DNA of 64,000 bases from Salinivirgaceae bacterium (GCA_017527435.1 JAFXQB010000011.1:16502-80501); one strand, 5' to 3'; counted from the stretch's first letter, positions 19,554-29,865 are shown. The notes: generated by a model not told the origin, from the sequence alone. Translations and numbers: made by a program.

Positions 19554-21341
19554 TTAATTGTTAACATTCTCTGTCAAAGGATTATAACGACGTCCGGTAC
19601 CCTCGTAGCCGGAATTTTTGAAAAACTCAAGGAAATTCAGTCGCAGCGGATGGACAAACGCGCCCAGAACGCACATTGCAAGATTCAGCGTGTGGCCGAC
19701 AATCACAATCAGAATGAAGAAAATCCATCCTGCGCCGCCATCGCCAAGTGCCTGTGTGCCAATGGCATTGAACGCCTCGCCAAGTTTCGCGCCAGCAAGG
19801 CCGAGAGCGTAAAGGCGAAGGTAACTCAAAACGTCGCCGAGCAAGCCAGTAGCGGTGTTGTAGGTGTTCCACAGGCCGACGCCGAAGTTTGCCAGCGGAT
19901 TACGGTGAAGGTCGTTCAGGAAGTAGATTCCCAATGCCGAAACCACACCTAACACAATGATTATCACCTTTGTAACGGCAGCGTCGATTGCGCCCGCGAG
20001 CACCATTCCGCCAACCACCACACCGCCCACAATGAGCAGCGTCCAGCCCCAGGTGCCGAGCGAGTTCAGACCGCTGTGCTTGGTGGCCTGCCACGTTTTA
20101 ATAATCATCGCCAAGCAAAGATGCACCACACCAACAGCGATAGCCATAATCATAGTGCCGTCATAACCAGCAATTTGCGATGGCAGCATCAGCCGCTTGA
20201 CCGCATCGGGAAGGCACTGCCAAGTGAGCATATCGGTTGAGAAGAAGGTGTGGAATAGCAGTCCGATGACCGTTGTGGCCACGCCCAACGTCACCACCAA
20301 CGGCGCGATTTTCGGCAACTTGCCCTTCAAGCCGAAGCCTAAAAGTGCGAGTATCAGGCCGTAGCCCGCATCGCCCATACAGAAGGCGAAGAAGAGCATA
20401 AAAAATATTGAAATCCAGACTGTTGGGTCGAATTCCGAGTATTTCGGGCGACCGTACATATCGGTCAGTATCTCGAACATCGACACAAAGCGGTTGTTTT
20501 TCAGTTTGATAGGCGGATTGTCGGCTTCCTGCGCCGCCTCGGTGAAGTAGCAGACGTTCGACGAATCGAGCAGTTGAAGCAGCGCCGACTCGTTCTCTTT
20601 GGGTGCAAATCCTTCAAACACTGACAGATAATCGTCGGCAGCCTTCTCGGCCGAAGCGTTTGCCAGTTGGCGGTCGAGACGGATGCGGCACTCTGCAAGT
20701 TCCTGACGGACAGTCGGTTCAAGGCTTTTCAAACCGCCAAGCCGCGCATCGCACGCCGCTATTGACTGGCGCAGTTTCTCGGCCTCGGCTTGCGCTGCTC
20801 CAATCGGGCGCTCTGGCTTTGGCAATTCCTTTGCAGGAAAATCGTATTCGTCTGTATCTGAAATGGTTACAAAATAAACAAAGTTGTCATCGGAAGCAAT
20901 GGTGGTGAGCGCATACTGCTCGCTCCACTCCTCGCTGAAGGCTTTGCGGGCAACCTTGTAGAAATGCAGTTTCAGGCCAGCAGTCTCAAGCCGCTGAATG
21001 TCTTCGGGTTTGTAGTCGCCCCACGGCGCAAGGTCGGCAATTTCGGCCTCAACAGCCGCCAGTTGCTGTGCAATGCGCTCGCGTTCAGCCGCAGTGCCGA
21101 TTATGTCGGCAGCCGCATCGTCGGTTTTGGCAGCGGAAGCGGTTGTGGCGGGAATCTGCTTCAGCACCTCGAGCGCCTTTTGCAGTTGCTCAACCCGTGC
21201 CGACACCGCCTCCGACTCCTCGTCGACAGGCACTTGCGAGCGCGTAATATCCACAACGCCAACCTTTTGCAGTGTACGCAGAAAATCGTCGGCATCGCCG
21301 CTCAAAAGCACGAAGTTATATTTGGTCATTTCAGTTACCAT
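19554..21341 (-). CDS. ntpI: V/A-type ATPase subunit I
   Basis: EFDPT, MGDAGYG, DVLSYLRLYALGLA, HPLRLNFLEFF. Confidence 0.95.
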   Translation of the reverse strand: MVTEMTKYNFVLLSGDADDFLRTLQKVGVVDITRSQVPVDEESEAVSARVEQLQKALEVLKQIPATTASAAKTDDAAADIIGTAAERERIAQQLAAVEAEIADLAPWGDYKPEDIQRLETAGLKLHFYKVARKAFSEEWSEQYALTTIASDDNFVYFVTISDTDEYDFPAKELPKPERPIGAAQAEAEKLRQSIAACDARLGGLKSLEPTVRQELAECRIRLDRQLANASAEKAADDYLSVFEGFAPKENESALLQLLDSSNVCYFTEAAQEADNPPIKLKNNRFVSMFEILTDMYGRPKYSEFDPTVWISIFFMLFFAFCMGDAGYGLILALLGFGLKGKLPKIAPLVVTLGVATTVIGLLFHTFFSTDMLTWQCLPDAVKRLMLPSQIAGYDGTMIMAIAVGVVHLCLAMIIKTWQATKHSGLNSLGTWGWTLLIVGGVVVGGMVLAGAIDAAVTKVIIIVLGVVSALGIYFLNDLHRNPLANFGVGLWNTYNTATGLLGDVLSYLRLYALGLAGAKLGEAFNAIGTQALGDGGAGWIFFILIVIVGHTLNLAMCVLGAFVHPLRLNFLEFFKNSGYEGTGRRYNPLTENVNN

Positions 21342-21939
21342 CTTCCGCCTCCTCTGCTAAATGTTTGTTTTTCACAATCTTCTGCGATGCTTTCGACAGA
21401 TTCTCCTCGTCCTCCATAAAGCGTTTTATCTTGCGTATGGCCTCGTTGTAGCCTGGAATCTGCACCTTCTCGTACAGATTCACCTTCTGCGTCGTCTTTT
21501 TGCGGTTGTAGTCCAGAATGCGGCTCACCTCGGTGTAAATCTCTGATTCTATGCCGATTTGCGCCAGATTTTTCAGAATCCGCACGCCGTCGGCATACCA
21601 CATCGGCTTGGCGAAAAGATTGATTTCCTTCACGTCGAACAATACCTCGTCGAGCGCGGGCGTGGCCACACCTGCAATCTTCACAGTGCGCAAACGGACA
21701 TCGGACACCGAAATCAGCCCTGGCTCAAACTCGTTCCACAGTTGCGCCATATAGTCGTACGAACGGAACTCATTTTCAAGTTGTTGCGCCAGTGCGTCGG
21801 ACCGCTGTTTGGCCCGCTTCACCTCCATCCGCAGCGCCGATTCCTTGCTTTTCAGCGTCGGAAGGGCGCGGGTGCGCATCTTCAACTGCTTGTTGAGTTC
21901 GTTGAGCGACGTCTTGTTATATTGGAACTTGATGGCCAT
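21331..21939 (-). CDS. ntpD: V/A-type ATPase subunit D
   Basis: LPTLKSKE, KTTQKVNLYEKVQIP. Confidence 0.93.
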   Translation of the reverse strand: MAIKFQYNKTSLNELNKQLKMRTRALPTLKSKESALRMEVKRAKQRSDALAQQLENEFRSYDYMAQLWNEFEPGLISVSDVRLRTVKIAGVATPALDEVLFDVKEINLFAKPMWYADGVRILKNLAQIGIESEIYTEVSRILDYNRKKTTQKVNLYEKVQIPGYNEAIRKIKRFMEDEENLSKASQKIVKNKHLAEEAEDGN

Positions 21940-21945
21940 AGCGCG

Positions 21946-23265
21946 TTAATTTCCTTTCCAATATTTCTCTATCAGTTTGTCTTTCAGACCAGTTTCGGCC
22001 TTTGTAAAGTATTTGCCGAACAGTTCCCACGCGGTGTCGAGCATCTCGGTAATGCCGATGTTGACATCGATGGCCAGAAGGCGCGTGGCGTACTCGCGGG
22101 CGTAATTCAGGCAGCGCTGGTCGTAGTCGTTCAGGTCGAAACCGTTCTCCAACTTGGTTTTGGCGTTGGCGGCATCGGCGTAAAGGCGCACCGATGTGTT
22201 CATCACGGCGCTGTGGTCCTCGCGCGTTACCTTGTTCTGTACCAGCTGTTTAAGTCGCGAAAGCGAACGGAACGGGTCAACAATCACCTTGCCCGAGTCG
22301 GGGTCGGAACGCAAAAACAACTGACCTTCAGTGATATAACCCGTATTGTCGGGAATTGCGTGAGTGATGTCGCCATCGTTCAGAGTGGTGACGGCGATAA
22401 TCGTAATTGAGCCTCCGTCAGGCAGTTGCACGGCTTTCTCGTAGATTTTCGCCAAATCGGAATAGAGCGAGCCTGGCATCGAATCCTTCGACGGAATCTG
22501 GTCCATACGGTTGCTCACAATGCTCAACGCATCGGCGTAAAGCGTCATATCTGTCAGCAGAACAAGTACTTTCTCATTCTTATCGACGGCAAAATACTCG
22601 GCTGCCGTCAGCGCCATATCGGGAATCAGAAGGCGCTCGACAGGCGGCTGGTCGGTGGTGTTCACAAAACTGATAATCTTGTGCAGGGCGCCAGCGCTCT
22701 CAAATTCGTTCTTGAAAAAGAGATAATCGTCGTTGGTCAGGCCCATCCCGCCAAGGATAATCTTATCGACGTCGGCGCGCAGAGCCACCATACTCATCAC
22801 CTGGTTGTAAGGCTGGTCGGGGTCGGCGAAGAACGGTATCTTTTGGCCCGACACGAGCGTGTTGTTCAGGTCGATGCCCGCAATGCCCGTGGGGATGAGT
22901 TGCGACGGCTGGCGACGGCGGAATGGGTTCACCGACGGACCGCCAATCTGTCTTTTCTCGCCCTCAACGGCTGGGCCGCCGTCAATCGGCTCGCTGTAAG
23001 CGTTGAAGAAGCGTCCCGCAAGGTCGTCGCTCACGTTGAGTGCGGGCGGCTCGCCAAAGAACGTAACCTCGGCGTTGGTGGGTATATCTTCCGTTCCGCC
23101 AAACACTTGCAGTGTGACGCTGCGCCCTTTGATTTTCACAACCTGCGCCAGACGCCCAGCCACAAGCGCCAGTTCGTCAGCCGTCACGCCGTCGGCCTCA
23201 AGCGTCACCGTGGCCTTGGTGATGGCCGTCAGGTGCGTGTATATCCGCTGAAATGCTTTTGCCAT
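21946..23265 (-). CDS. ntpB: V/A-type ATPase subunit B
   Basis: TGIAGIDL, LTDMTLYADAL, HAIPDNTGYITEGQ, PFRSLSRL. Confidence 0.95.
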   Translation of the reverse strand: MAKAFQRIYTHLTAITKATVTLEADGVTADELALVAGRLAQVVKIKGRSVTLQVFGGTEDIPTNAEVTFFGEPPALNVSDDLAGRFFNAYSEPIDGGPAVEGEKRQIGGPSVNPFRRRQPSQLIPTGIAGIDLNNTLVSGQKIPFFADPDQPYNQVMSMVALRADVDKIILGGMGLTNDDYLFFKNEFESAGALHKIISFVNTTDQPPVERLLIPDMALTAAEYFAVDKNEKVLVLLTDMTLYADALSIVSNRMDQIPSKDSMPGSLYSDLAKIYEKAVQLPDGGSITIIAVTTLNDGDITHAIPDNTGYITEGQLFLRSDPDSGKVIVDPFRSLSRLKQLVQNKVTREDHSAVMNTSVRLYADAANAKTKLENGFDLNDYDQRCLNYAREYATRLLAIDVNIGITEMLDTAWELFGKYFTKAETGLKDKLIEKYWKGN

Positions 23266-23267
23266 AT

Positions 23268-24077
23268 TTATTGTATTTTATTTTCGACAATTGTTCTTAA
23301 TTCTACCAAATCGGCAAATTTTTTATAATCAAAATGCTCTTTAGCATACTTGTAATATGACTTCAAATCAAAATTATCTAATCTATTGCAGATAGATTTT
23401 GCGAGATCCTTTCCTTGGAACCAAATAAGATAATCTTGACGGTCAAAAAAGTCTTTGTCAAATCTTGTAAGGAATAAATTAACTTTTTGTTTTAATACAG
23501 ATTCTGTCCATTGTTCAGTCTTGATTTTGATTGGACGAATAAGCTCATACGCCTCTGCAATACACTCATCCAATCCTAATTTTGAGGGTAAAATACCATC
23601 TTTCTCTGTCCAACGCGTACCAAACGAAACACCATCACGCAAGTCGCCCAGAGCGTGCCTCACTGCCTGATAATCTTTAATATCGTATGCCGCTTCATTC
23701 ATTAGATATAAAACGTCAAAAACGGAAGCGAAAAAGCCTGGATTTTTACCATTAACAAAAATAAAAATCGTTTGATAATCAAGTAAATAATTTTCAATGG
23801 TTGTTCTATAACTAAAAAAAACGTGTCCATCCTTTATCAGTTCATCCTTATTAGGTACGGGCTTGTCAAAATCACGATCCCTAAACATCAAGTAATCATC
23901 GGCTTTCGCTGCAGACAGATTAGACCTCTCCACATAACTCATAATTGCTTTTGAACCCATTTTACCGCCAATTGGTTTAATCTCAATATTAGGCCGCAGA
24001 TCACCAAGAACTTTTTCCAGAATGTCGTAATCGTGACTTCCGCGAGTTCCTTCACAATATATGTTGCACAACTTCAT
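23268..24077 (-). CDS. TOPRIM-like (DUF4435-like) putative nuclease; PARIS AriB-like
   Basis: YCEG....D, IKPIGG, RDRDFD (DxD), TIENYLL and FQGKDL motifs; AT-rich; ATGA overlap with the upstream ATPase. Confidence 0.7.
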   Translation of the reverse strand: MKLCNIYCEGTRGSHDYDILEKVLGDLRPNIEIKPIGGKMGSKAIMSYVERSNLSAAKADDYLMFRDRDFDKPVPNKDELIKDGHVFFSYRTTIENYLLDYQTIFIFVNGKNPGFFASVFDVLYLMNEAAYDIKDYQAVRHALGDLRDGVSFGTRWTEKDGILPSKLGLDECIAEAYELIRPIKIKTEQWTESVLKQKVNLFLTRFDKDFFDRQDYLIWFQGKDLAKSICNRLDNFDLKSYYKYAKEHFDYKKFADLVELRTIVENKIQ

Positions 24078-25144
24078 AGCCTAATTATTTCTTCTTTGTT
24101 AAACATAACAGTGACATTATCAGAATGAGAGGTCAAGATGAACTGATTGTTGTTTCCAAACAAAGGTAAAGCCCGAATAAGTGCTTGTTGCAAAGGGGAA
24201 TGAAGATGTAGTTCAACTTCATCAATAATGATTATAGAATTGTTGATGTTATACCGCGCAAAATCCATCAAAATCGGGAAAATAGCTCTTTCTCCTGCCG
24301 ACATTTCTGATATTTCATATTGGTTTTGTCCGTCTGACAGGAAAAAATCTGGAACATCGTGGTTCTCAATAGAATCATCAAAACGAGGAGCCGCTCCAAC
24401 TAAATGTCTATTAGGAAATACTTTACTATATAATTGATTTAATTTTTCGTAAAAATCAACCTGACCTTCTTTCACTACTCTTCCTTGAGATAAATCAATA
24501 TGAAAATAATAATATTTAGTAAGTGAAGACCTTATAGCGTCTAAACTATTTGTCTTACCACTATTATCATCAGCAAAAGGAGAATTTAGAGAAAATGAAT
24601 TTCGATTTTCGGTATACCAAAATATACTACCCACATTATTAAAAAGGCTCAATGGATTCGGCTCAAATTGTGATAATTGTTTTGCATACTGATAACCATA
24701 TAATTGAAAAAGCGATTTCATTTTTTTTGCAACAGTTTTTCCCTTCCCGTAATCTAAAGACAAAAACACCGTTTCGTCCTGACCCGGTTGTGTATTGAAA
24801 CGGTTTTTTTCGTCCATTTTTTTCAGTCTATCATAATAAAATTGCGTGGTCTGAATCTCCGTCGGACTCAAATCAACCTTGATATCAATTTTCAAGGGTG
24901 TTCTTCCTGACTGGATATACCTATAATTAAAACCACTCCAATCCAAATCCTGAACACGAAATCCCGGTCTTGTCAATGGTGCAATAGCGGCGACAATGGC
25001 CTGTAAAATAGATGTCTTTCCACAACCATTCTCACCCAAAATAAGGTTCATACCATTCACATTACCTTCCTCATCACAAAATCGGATAGTTTTTGTTTCT
25101 ATGAATTTCTTATAATTCCTAACTGTAATTTCACGAATTTTCAT
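24074..25144 (-). CDS. ABC-type (AAA_15/AAA_21-like) ATPase without a membrane partner; PARIS AriA-like
   Basis: VRNYKK, Walker A GENGCGKTS, signature MSAGE, Walker B IIIIDEVELHLH, H-loop LTSHS; AT-rich. Confidence 0.85.
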   Translation of the reverse strand: MKIREITVRNYKKFIETKTIRFCDEEGNVNGMNLILGENGCGKTSILQAIVAAIAPLTRPGFRVQDLDWSGFNYRYIQSGRTPLKIDIKVDLSPTEIQTTQFYYDRLKKMDEKNRFNTQPGQDETVFLSLDYGKGKTVAKKMKSLFQLYGYQYAKQLSQFEPNPLSLFNNVGSIFWYTENRNSFSLNSPFADDNSGKTNSLDAIRSSLTKYYYFHIDLSQGRVVKEGQVDFYEKLNQLYSKVFPNRHLVGAAPRFDDSIENHDVPDFFLSDGQNQYEISEMSAGERAIFPILMDFARYNINNSIIIIDEVELHLHSPLQQALIRALPLFGNNNQFILTSHSDNVTVMFNKEEIIRL

Positions 25145-26901
25145 ATTTGTGCGGATTTTCTTGTTATCTGTTCTTCAAGTTGTTTAAAGTATTTGTCGAA
25201 CTGTTCCGACTTGTACTCCGAATAATTCATCTGTCGGCAAATGTTGATGAGCCCCTTGAAGAATGTGGCGCACTCCTCAAAATTGCCGAAATTAAACTTG
25301 TGGTCGCAAATGTCGATGACGGTGTTCAGCATAAACTGCTGACGCTCAAGCGGTGTCGAACTGTCAATCTCGTCGAACGCGTCCTGCTGAAGAATGATGA
25401 AATCCACCATTTCCGACTTCCAATACTGCTCGTGATAGGCGATTGGCACGCCGTCGTCGCCCAAAATGTTAATCTGCTCGAAGGCCTCTTTGCCGCGGCG
25501 GATGATGTATTTGGTTTTGATGACCTTGTCGGCCCATCCTTTTTCAATTCTATTGTCAAGATACTCAATAATTTCGGGGTATTCCAGATATTTTGAATAC
25601 GAATCAACAGGGTCAACAGCGGGATAGCGTTTCTTGTCGGCGCGGTTCTGCGAAAGGCCGTAGAAGCAGCGTGCCGCCTTCTTTGTCGATTCGGTGACGG
25701 GCTCCTTCAGGTTTCCGCCTGCTGGCGACACCGTTCCGATGAAGGTGATTGAGCCCGTGGCGCCGTTGTTCAGCCTTACGAATCCAGCGCGGGCGTAGAA
25801 ACTTGTGATGACCGACGACAAATCGACTGGGAAACCATCCTGTCCAGGCAACTCCTCAAGGCGGTTGCTCATCTCGCGCAAAGCCTGTGCCCAGCGCGAT
25901 GTTGAGTCGGCCAGAAGCAACACTTTCAAGCCCATCGAGCGGTAGTATTCGGCCAGCGTCATCGCTGTGTAAACCGACGCCTCGCGGGCCGCAACGGGCA
26001 TATTCGATGTGTTGCAGATGATGATGGTGCGTTCCATCAGCGAGCGGCCAGTGTGCTTGTCCTTCAGTTCGGGGAACTCGGTGAAAATCTCAACCACCTC
26101 GTTGGCACGCTCGCCGCAAGCCGCCATAATGATGACGTCGGCGTCGGCCTGCTCGGCCAAGGCGTGCTGCAGCACCGTTTTTCCGCAGCCGAAAGGCCCT
26201 GGAATGAAGCCCGTTCCGCCCTCGGCAATGGGGTTCAGCGTGTCGATGCAGCGGACGCCCGTCTCCATCACCTTGTAGGGGCGCGGCTTGTCGGCGTATG
26301 CGCCAATGGCCACTTTCACAGGCCAGCGCTGCACCATTGTGACGTTGACATCGTCGCCATCGGCATCGGTGAGCACGGCCACGGTGTCGTTTATTCGGTA
26401 TTCGCCCGCTTTCGCGATGCTTTTGACGGTGTAAGTTCCTTTAAATGAGAATGGTACCATTATTTTGTGCGGCAACCATCCTTCTTTCACCTCGCCCAGC
26501 CAGTCGGCAGCCGAAACCTGTTGGCCAACCTCGGCTAAAGGTTTGAACTTCCACAGTTTAGACTCGTCGAGAGCCGGCGTGTACTCGCCCCTTTTTAGGA
26601 AAACGCCATCCATTGTCGCAAGGTTGTTCTGCAGACCGTCGAAATTGCTCGACAGCAAGCCCGGGCCGAGCGTTGCCTCAAGCATATACCCTTGAAACTC
26701 AACCTTATCGCCAGCCCGCATTCCGCGTGTGCTCTCGTAAACCTGCACCGAAGCCGTGTTGCCCGTCACCTTGATGACCTCGGCCATCAGGCGCGTTCCG
26801 TGCAAATCGACAAAGCAGATTTCGTTTTGAGCCACAGGGCCGTCAACCTCAACCGTAACCAGATTGGAAATTATTCCCGTTACTTTTCCTGTTGTCTTCA
26901 T
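25141..26901 (-). CDS. ntpA: V/A-type ATPase catalytic subunit A
   Basis: GPFGCGKTV P-loop, CGERANE, NTSNMPVAAREAS, DSTSRWAQALRE. Confidence 0.97.
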   Translation of the reverse strand: MKTTGKVTGIISNLVTVEVDGPVAQNEICFVDLHGTRLMAEVIKVTGNTASVQVYESTRGMRAGDKVEFQGYMLEATLGPGLLSSNFDGLQNNLATMDGVFLKRGEYTPALDESKLWKFKPLAEVGQQVSAADWLGEVKEGWLPHKIMVPFSFKGTYTVKSIAKAGEYRINDTVAVLTDADGDDVNVTMVQRWPVKVAIGAYADKPRPYKVMETGVRCIDTLNPIAEGGTGFIPGPFGCGKTVLQHALAEQADADVIIMAACGERANEVVEIFTEFPELKDKHTGRSLMERTIIICNTSNMPVAAREASVYTAMTLAEYYRSMGLKVLLLADSTSRWAQALREMSNRLEELPGQDGFPVDLSSVITSFYARAGFVRLNNGATGSITFIGTVSPAGGNLKEPVTESTKKAARCFYGLSQNRADKKRYPAVDPVDSYSKYLEYPEIIEYLDNRIEKGWADKVIKTKYIIRRGKEAFEQINILGDDGVPIAYHEQYWKSEMVDFIILQQDAFDEIDSSTPLERQQFMLNTVIDICDHKFNFGNFEECATFFKGLINICRQMNYSEYKSEQFDKYFKQLEEQITRKSAQI

Positions 26902-26936
26902 TATATTATATTTTCTTGTTTTTCAATTATTTTCGG

Positions 26937-27524
26937 TCAAGCCGAAACTCCTTTGAACGTTCCCCTCACCTCGCCGAGCAACTTGCGGAACATTGTCTCG
27001 CCGGCCTCACGGTCGAGCCGTGCCCAGCGCTGCACAATGTGCGCCTTCACCAGAAAAGCCAGAATGGTGTTCATATTGAAATAGTCCATTTGCGCTATCT
27101 CACTGGCCTTGTTCCATTTAAGCATGTCAGCCTGCTGCTCGCGCTGAAGGAAATCAGTGTTGGCCAGAACCTCAAGCACTCGTTTCTCATCGTCGAATTC
27201 GGCATCGGGCAACTCAACCAAATACTTGTCGGCCTGCGAGTTAGTAGCGCGTGCCACATACTCGGCCTGAAGGTTGCGCATCCGCGCGTCGAAATCAAAA
27301 TACTCGCGGATGAAGCGGTTTTTGGAATTTGCCGTGCGACCATAGAAATCAGCATTGAGCGCCGCCTCGTCGAAACTTTCGTCGAGCAACGCAACCAACT
27401 GGCAATCAGCATCCGACAGCAGTTCCGCAATCTGCTCGCGCACCTCGGCATATGAGAACTGCGAACTGCCGAAATTGGCAGTCAGGTCGGGCAAACCAGC
27501 CACGATGTAAACGTAGTTGTCCAT
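26937..27524 (-). CDS. DUF2764-like protein (V-ATPase subunit C equivalent)
   Basis: YIVAGLPDL N-terminus and RWARLD...G C-terminus; position between subunits E and A. Confidence 0.8.
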   Translation of the reverse strand: MDNYVYIVAGLPDLTANFGSSQFSYAEVREQIAELLSDADCQLVALLDESFDEAALNADFYGRTANSKNRFIREYFDFDARMRNLQAEYVARATNSQADKYLVELPDAEFDDEKRVLEVLANTDFLQREQQADMLKWNKASEIAQMDYFNMNTILAFLVKAHIVQRWARLDREAGETMFRKLLGEVRGTFKGVSA

Positions 27525-28136
27525 CTATCCGAACAGTAATTTTTTCGCCGCAGGGCGCAGATACGAACTGATGAGCCGCGTGAACTCCTCGTCAGTGAAC
27601 TGCAGCATGTAGCCGCCGTCTTTGGGCGAGATTTTGAATCCTGCGTTCAGTTTTTTCGAGTATTCAACAGTCAGATTGGCGTTGAGTTGGCGCGCAGCCT
27701 CACTTTTCAGGAATTTCTCGGCAGCCGCCTTAACCGATTCGGGCAGAATGACGTCCAAATCGGCTGGTGCCGCGTCGGCTGGATTGAAGGCCTTGACGAT
27801 AGCCATCAGCATCTGGCTGGCGAAATCAGTGTCGGCAAGAGTCTGCCTGACAGCCGGCTCCACAGCCTGTGCCACAATCATTGTCTCCACCTCGTGCCTG
27901 ATGGCGGCCACGCTCTGCGCTCCTGCCATACGGATGTCGGCCTCGGTTTTCTGCTTCAGTTCGTCGGCCTGCCTGTTGGCTTCGGCCACAATCTGCGCCG
28001 CCTCCGCTTTCGCCTGATTGACAATCTGTTCGGCCTCGGCCTTGGCTTTCTGCACCAATTCCTCACCATCCTGTTTACCTTTCGACAGACCTTCGGCATA
28101 AAGCCTGTCAGTCAATTCTTGCAGTTTGTTTTGCAT
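27525..28136 (-). CDS. ntpE: V/A-type ATPase subunit E
   Basis: QNKLQELTDRLYAEG, coiled coil, GFKISPKDGGY; first gene of the operon. Confidence 0.9.
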   Translation of the reverse strand: MQNKLQELTDRLYAEGLSKGKQDGEELVQKAKAEAEQIVNQAKAEAAQIVAEANRQADELKQKTEADIRMAGAQSVAAIRHEVETMIVAQAVEPAVRQTLADTDFASQMLMAIVKAFNPADAAPADLDVILPESVKAAAEKFLKSEAARQLNANLTVEYSKKLNAGFKISPKDGGYMLQFTDEEFTRLISSYLRPAAKKLLFG

Positions 28137-28245
28137 ATATGTTTGTTTATCAATAATCTAAAGTGTGCATAATGGCGTTTCGCAGCGGAAACACGGACAT
28201 TGACAAACATAAGAAAAAAGAATGATTTTTGGTAAATTGTATGAT

Positions 28246-28272
28246 AAAAAAGGCTGCCCGATAGCAGCCTTT
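28246..28272 (-). terminator. Terminator after the LytTR gene
   Basis: aaaaaaggctgc-ccgata-gcagccttt. Confidence 0.7.
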
Positions 28273-28296
28273 CGCGTGTATGCGGTTTTTCTCCTT

Positions 28297-29094
28297 TTAC
28301 AGTTTCAACATCTCTTTCAGCGCCTTATACCCCGAAAGGCTCACTTTGATTTTCTCGCCGTTGCGCAACTCAACAAGCTGCTGCTGGCCGTAGCGCTCGA
28401 TTCTCGAAATCTTGGCCACATTCACAATGTATGAGCGGTGAACCCGCACAAAATCGGCCATTGGCAGGTTCTGCTCGTAGTATTTCATTGTCTGCTCCTT
28501 AAGCCAGCGGCCCGATTCAGTGGCTATCGACACGTAGTCGCCGTCGGCTTTGATGAAGCAAATGTCGGCAATGTTTATAACGCTGATTTTTTGACCGTTG
28601 CGCACGGTTATCTTATCAATCGGTTCAATGGGCGCCTGCTCGGTTTCGGTGGCCAACGGCTGTTCAATGGTGTCGGGCTCGTCGTCGGCATTAAGGTTGT
28701 GGCTGTAGGTTTGTGCCACCAGACCGAAGAGCAGAACCAGAACCAGAGCGCGGGCGGGCACGGTCTTCGCGAAAGCGGAAAAACATTCATTATCAATCGA
28801 ATAATTTACAATTGATTCAATGCCCACAGTGCTCACCACAACAAAGAATCCGATTATCAGCAGATACTGGTTGAAGTAGGCATTGCCAATAGGCTGCAGA
28901 ACATATTTCATTATGTTCCAAACAATTATGCACTCTGCGGCAAATGTCGCGGCAAACGCAAGACAATCGAGAACAACCGCCCCCGCGGTTTGCCCAGCCA
29001 GCCAGCCGAACGCCGCGCCATAGCAGGCGGCCACAACTGCAAGAATTGTGACCGCGGCAATGGTCGATGCCTTATTTCTCAAAAACGGGTTCAT
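28297..29094 (-). CDS. Membrane-bound LytTR-family transcriptional regulator (no receiver domain)
   Basis: Four N-terminal TM helices, then IKADGDYV...FVRVHRSYIVN LytTR domain. Confidence 0.9.
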   Translation of the reverse strand: MNPFLRNKASTIAAVTILAVVAACYGAAFGWLAGQTAGAVVLDCLAFAATFAAECIIVWNIMKYVLQPIGNAYFNQYLLIIGFFVVVSTVGIESIVNYSIDNECFSAFAKTVPARALVLVLLFGLVAQTYSHNLNADDEPDTIEQPLATETEQAPIEPIDKITVRNGQKISVINIADICFIKADGDYVSIATESGRWLKEQTMKYYEQNLPMADFVRVHRSYIVNVAKISRIERYGQQQLVELRNGEKIKVSLSGYKALKEMLKL

Positions 29095-29097
29095 CGG

Positions 29098-29865
29098 TTA
29101 TTCAATTGCTCCGCCGCCCAATACGCAGCGCCCTGTGATGATTAACTGGCGTGTGGTGTCGATGTCGGTTGCAAAACGTTCGTCGGAAATGCCGCCCATA
29201 ACAAAACTGCACTGGTTCACAACTTTCCAGTTCGACGGAACCTTGAGTTTGAATCCGCCCATTGTGGCGTCGATATTCAGAATGGTGTCGCCTTCGGGAA
29301 GCGTTGTGTGGCGCAGGTCAAGTTCAATTCCGCCGCAAGTTGCGCTGATGTTTCCTCCGCGGAAAACGGGCTCCATAAACACCTGCTCGCTGCCGCTGAA
29401 CACAAATCGGTAGTTGATGCGGCCGTCGGTGTCGGTTGTCTGCTCGGTGTTGCCGTATTTCTGTGAAAATTTTGTTCCGCACACGTGCTGATGGCAGCGG
29501 TTTCGACTCGGTTTGGTGAATATCAGAATCAATCCGAAGCCAACAAACAGTGCTGGCCAGAAGAAAGTGAAAAACTGCTGCGAATCGACTCCCGCGTCAA
29601 GGAACGTTTCTCTAATCAGTTCGCCCCAACGGTGAAAGTTGGTCACAATGCCCACCAGAAACCATATCAAGCTGTTTCGGAACTCGCCCTGAAAGAGTTT
29701 CGCCAGACCAATGGCTAAAAAGACTGATTGAAAGCAAAAAAGCAACTCGGTAAGCGGCTGGGGCAGAAATCCTGCCGTTTGCATATAAAACACTGCTCCG
29801 CAGAGTATCAGTACCAAGCCCCACGACAAACGGCGGCGGCGTTCAGAAATTCCCAAATTTTCCAT
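29098..29865 (-). CDS. LiaF-like membrane protein (DUF5668/DUF2154-like)
   Basis: Four TM helices (FWPALFVGFG) and a C-terminal GGIELDLR...MGGFKLKVPSNW...MGGI beta-solenoid. Confidence 0.82.
   Translation of the reverse strand: MENLGISERRRRLSWGLVLILCGAVFYMQTAGFLPQPLTELLFCFQSVFLAIGLAKLFQGEFRNSLIWFLVGIVTNFHRWGELIRETFLDAGVDSQQFFTFFWPALFVGFGLILIFTKPSRNRCHQHVCGTKFSQKYGNTEQTTDTDGRINYRFVFSGSEQVFMEPVFRGGNISATCGGIELDLRHTTLPEGDTILNIDATMGGFKLKVPSNWKVVNQCSFVMGGISDERFATDIDTTRQLIITGRCVLGGGAIE

Noticed and set aside
23268-25144. ABC transporter, or the missing V-ATPase subunits F/G
   Set aside because: No membrane permease partner; sizes and motifs fit a soluble ABC-ATPase plus TOPRIM-like protein.
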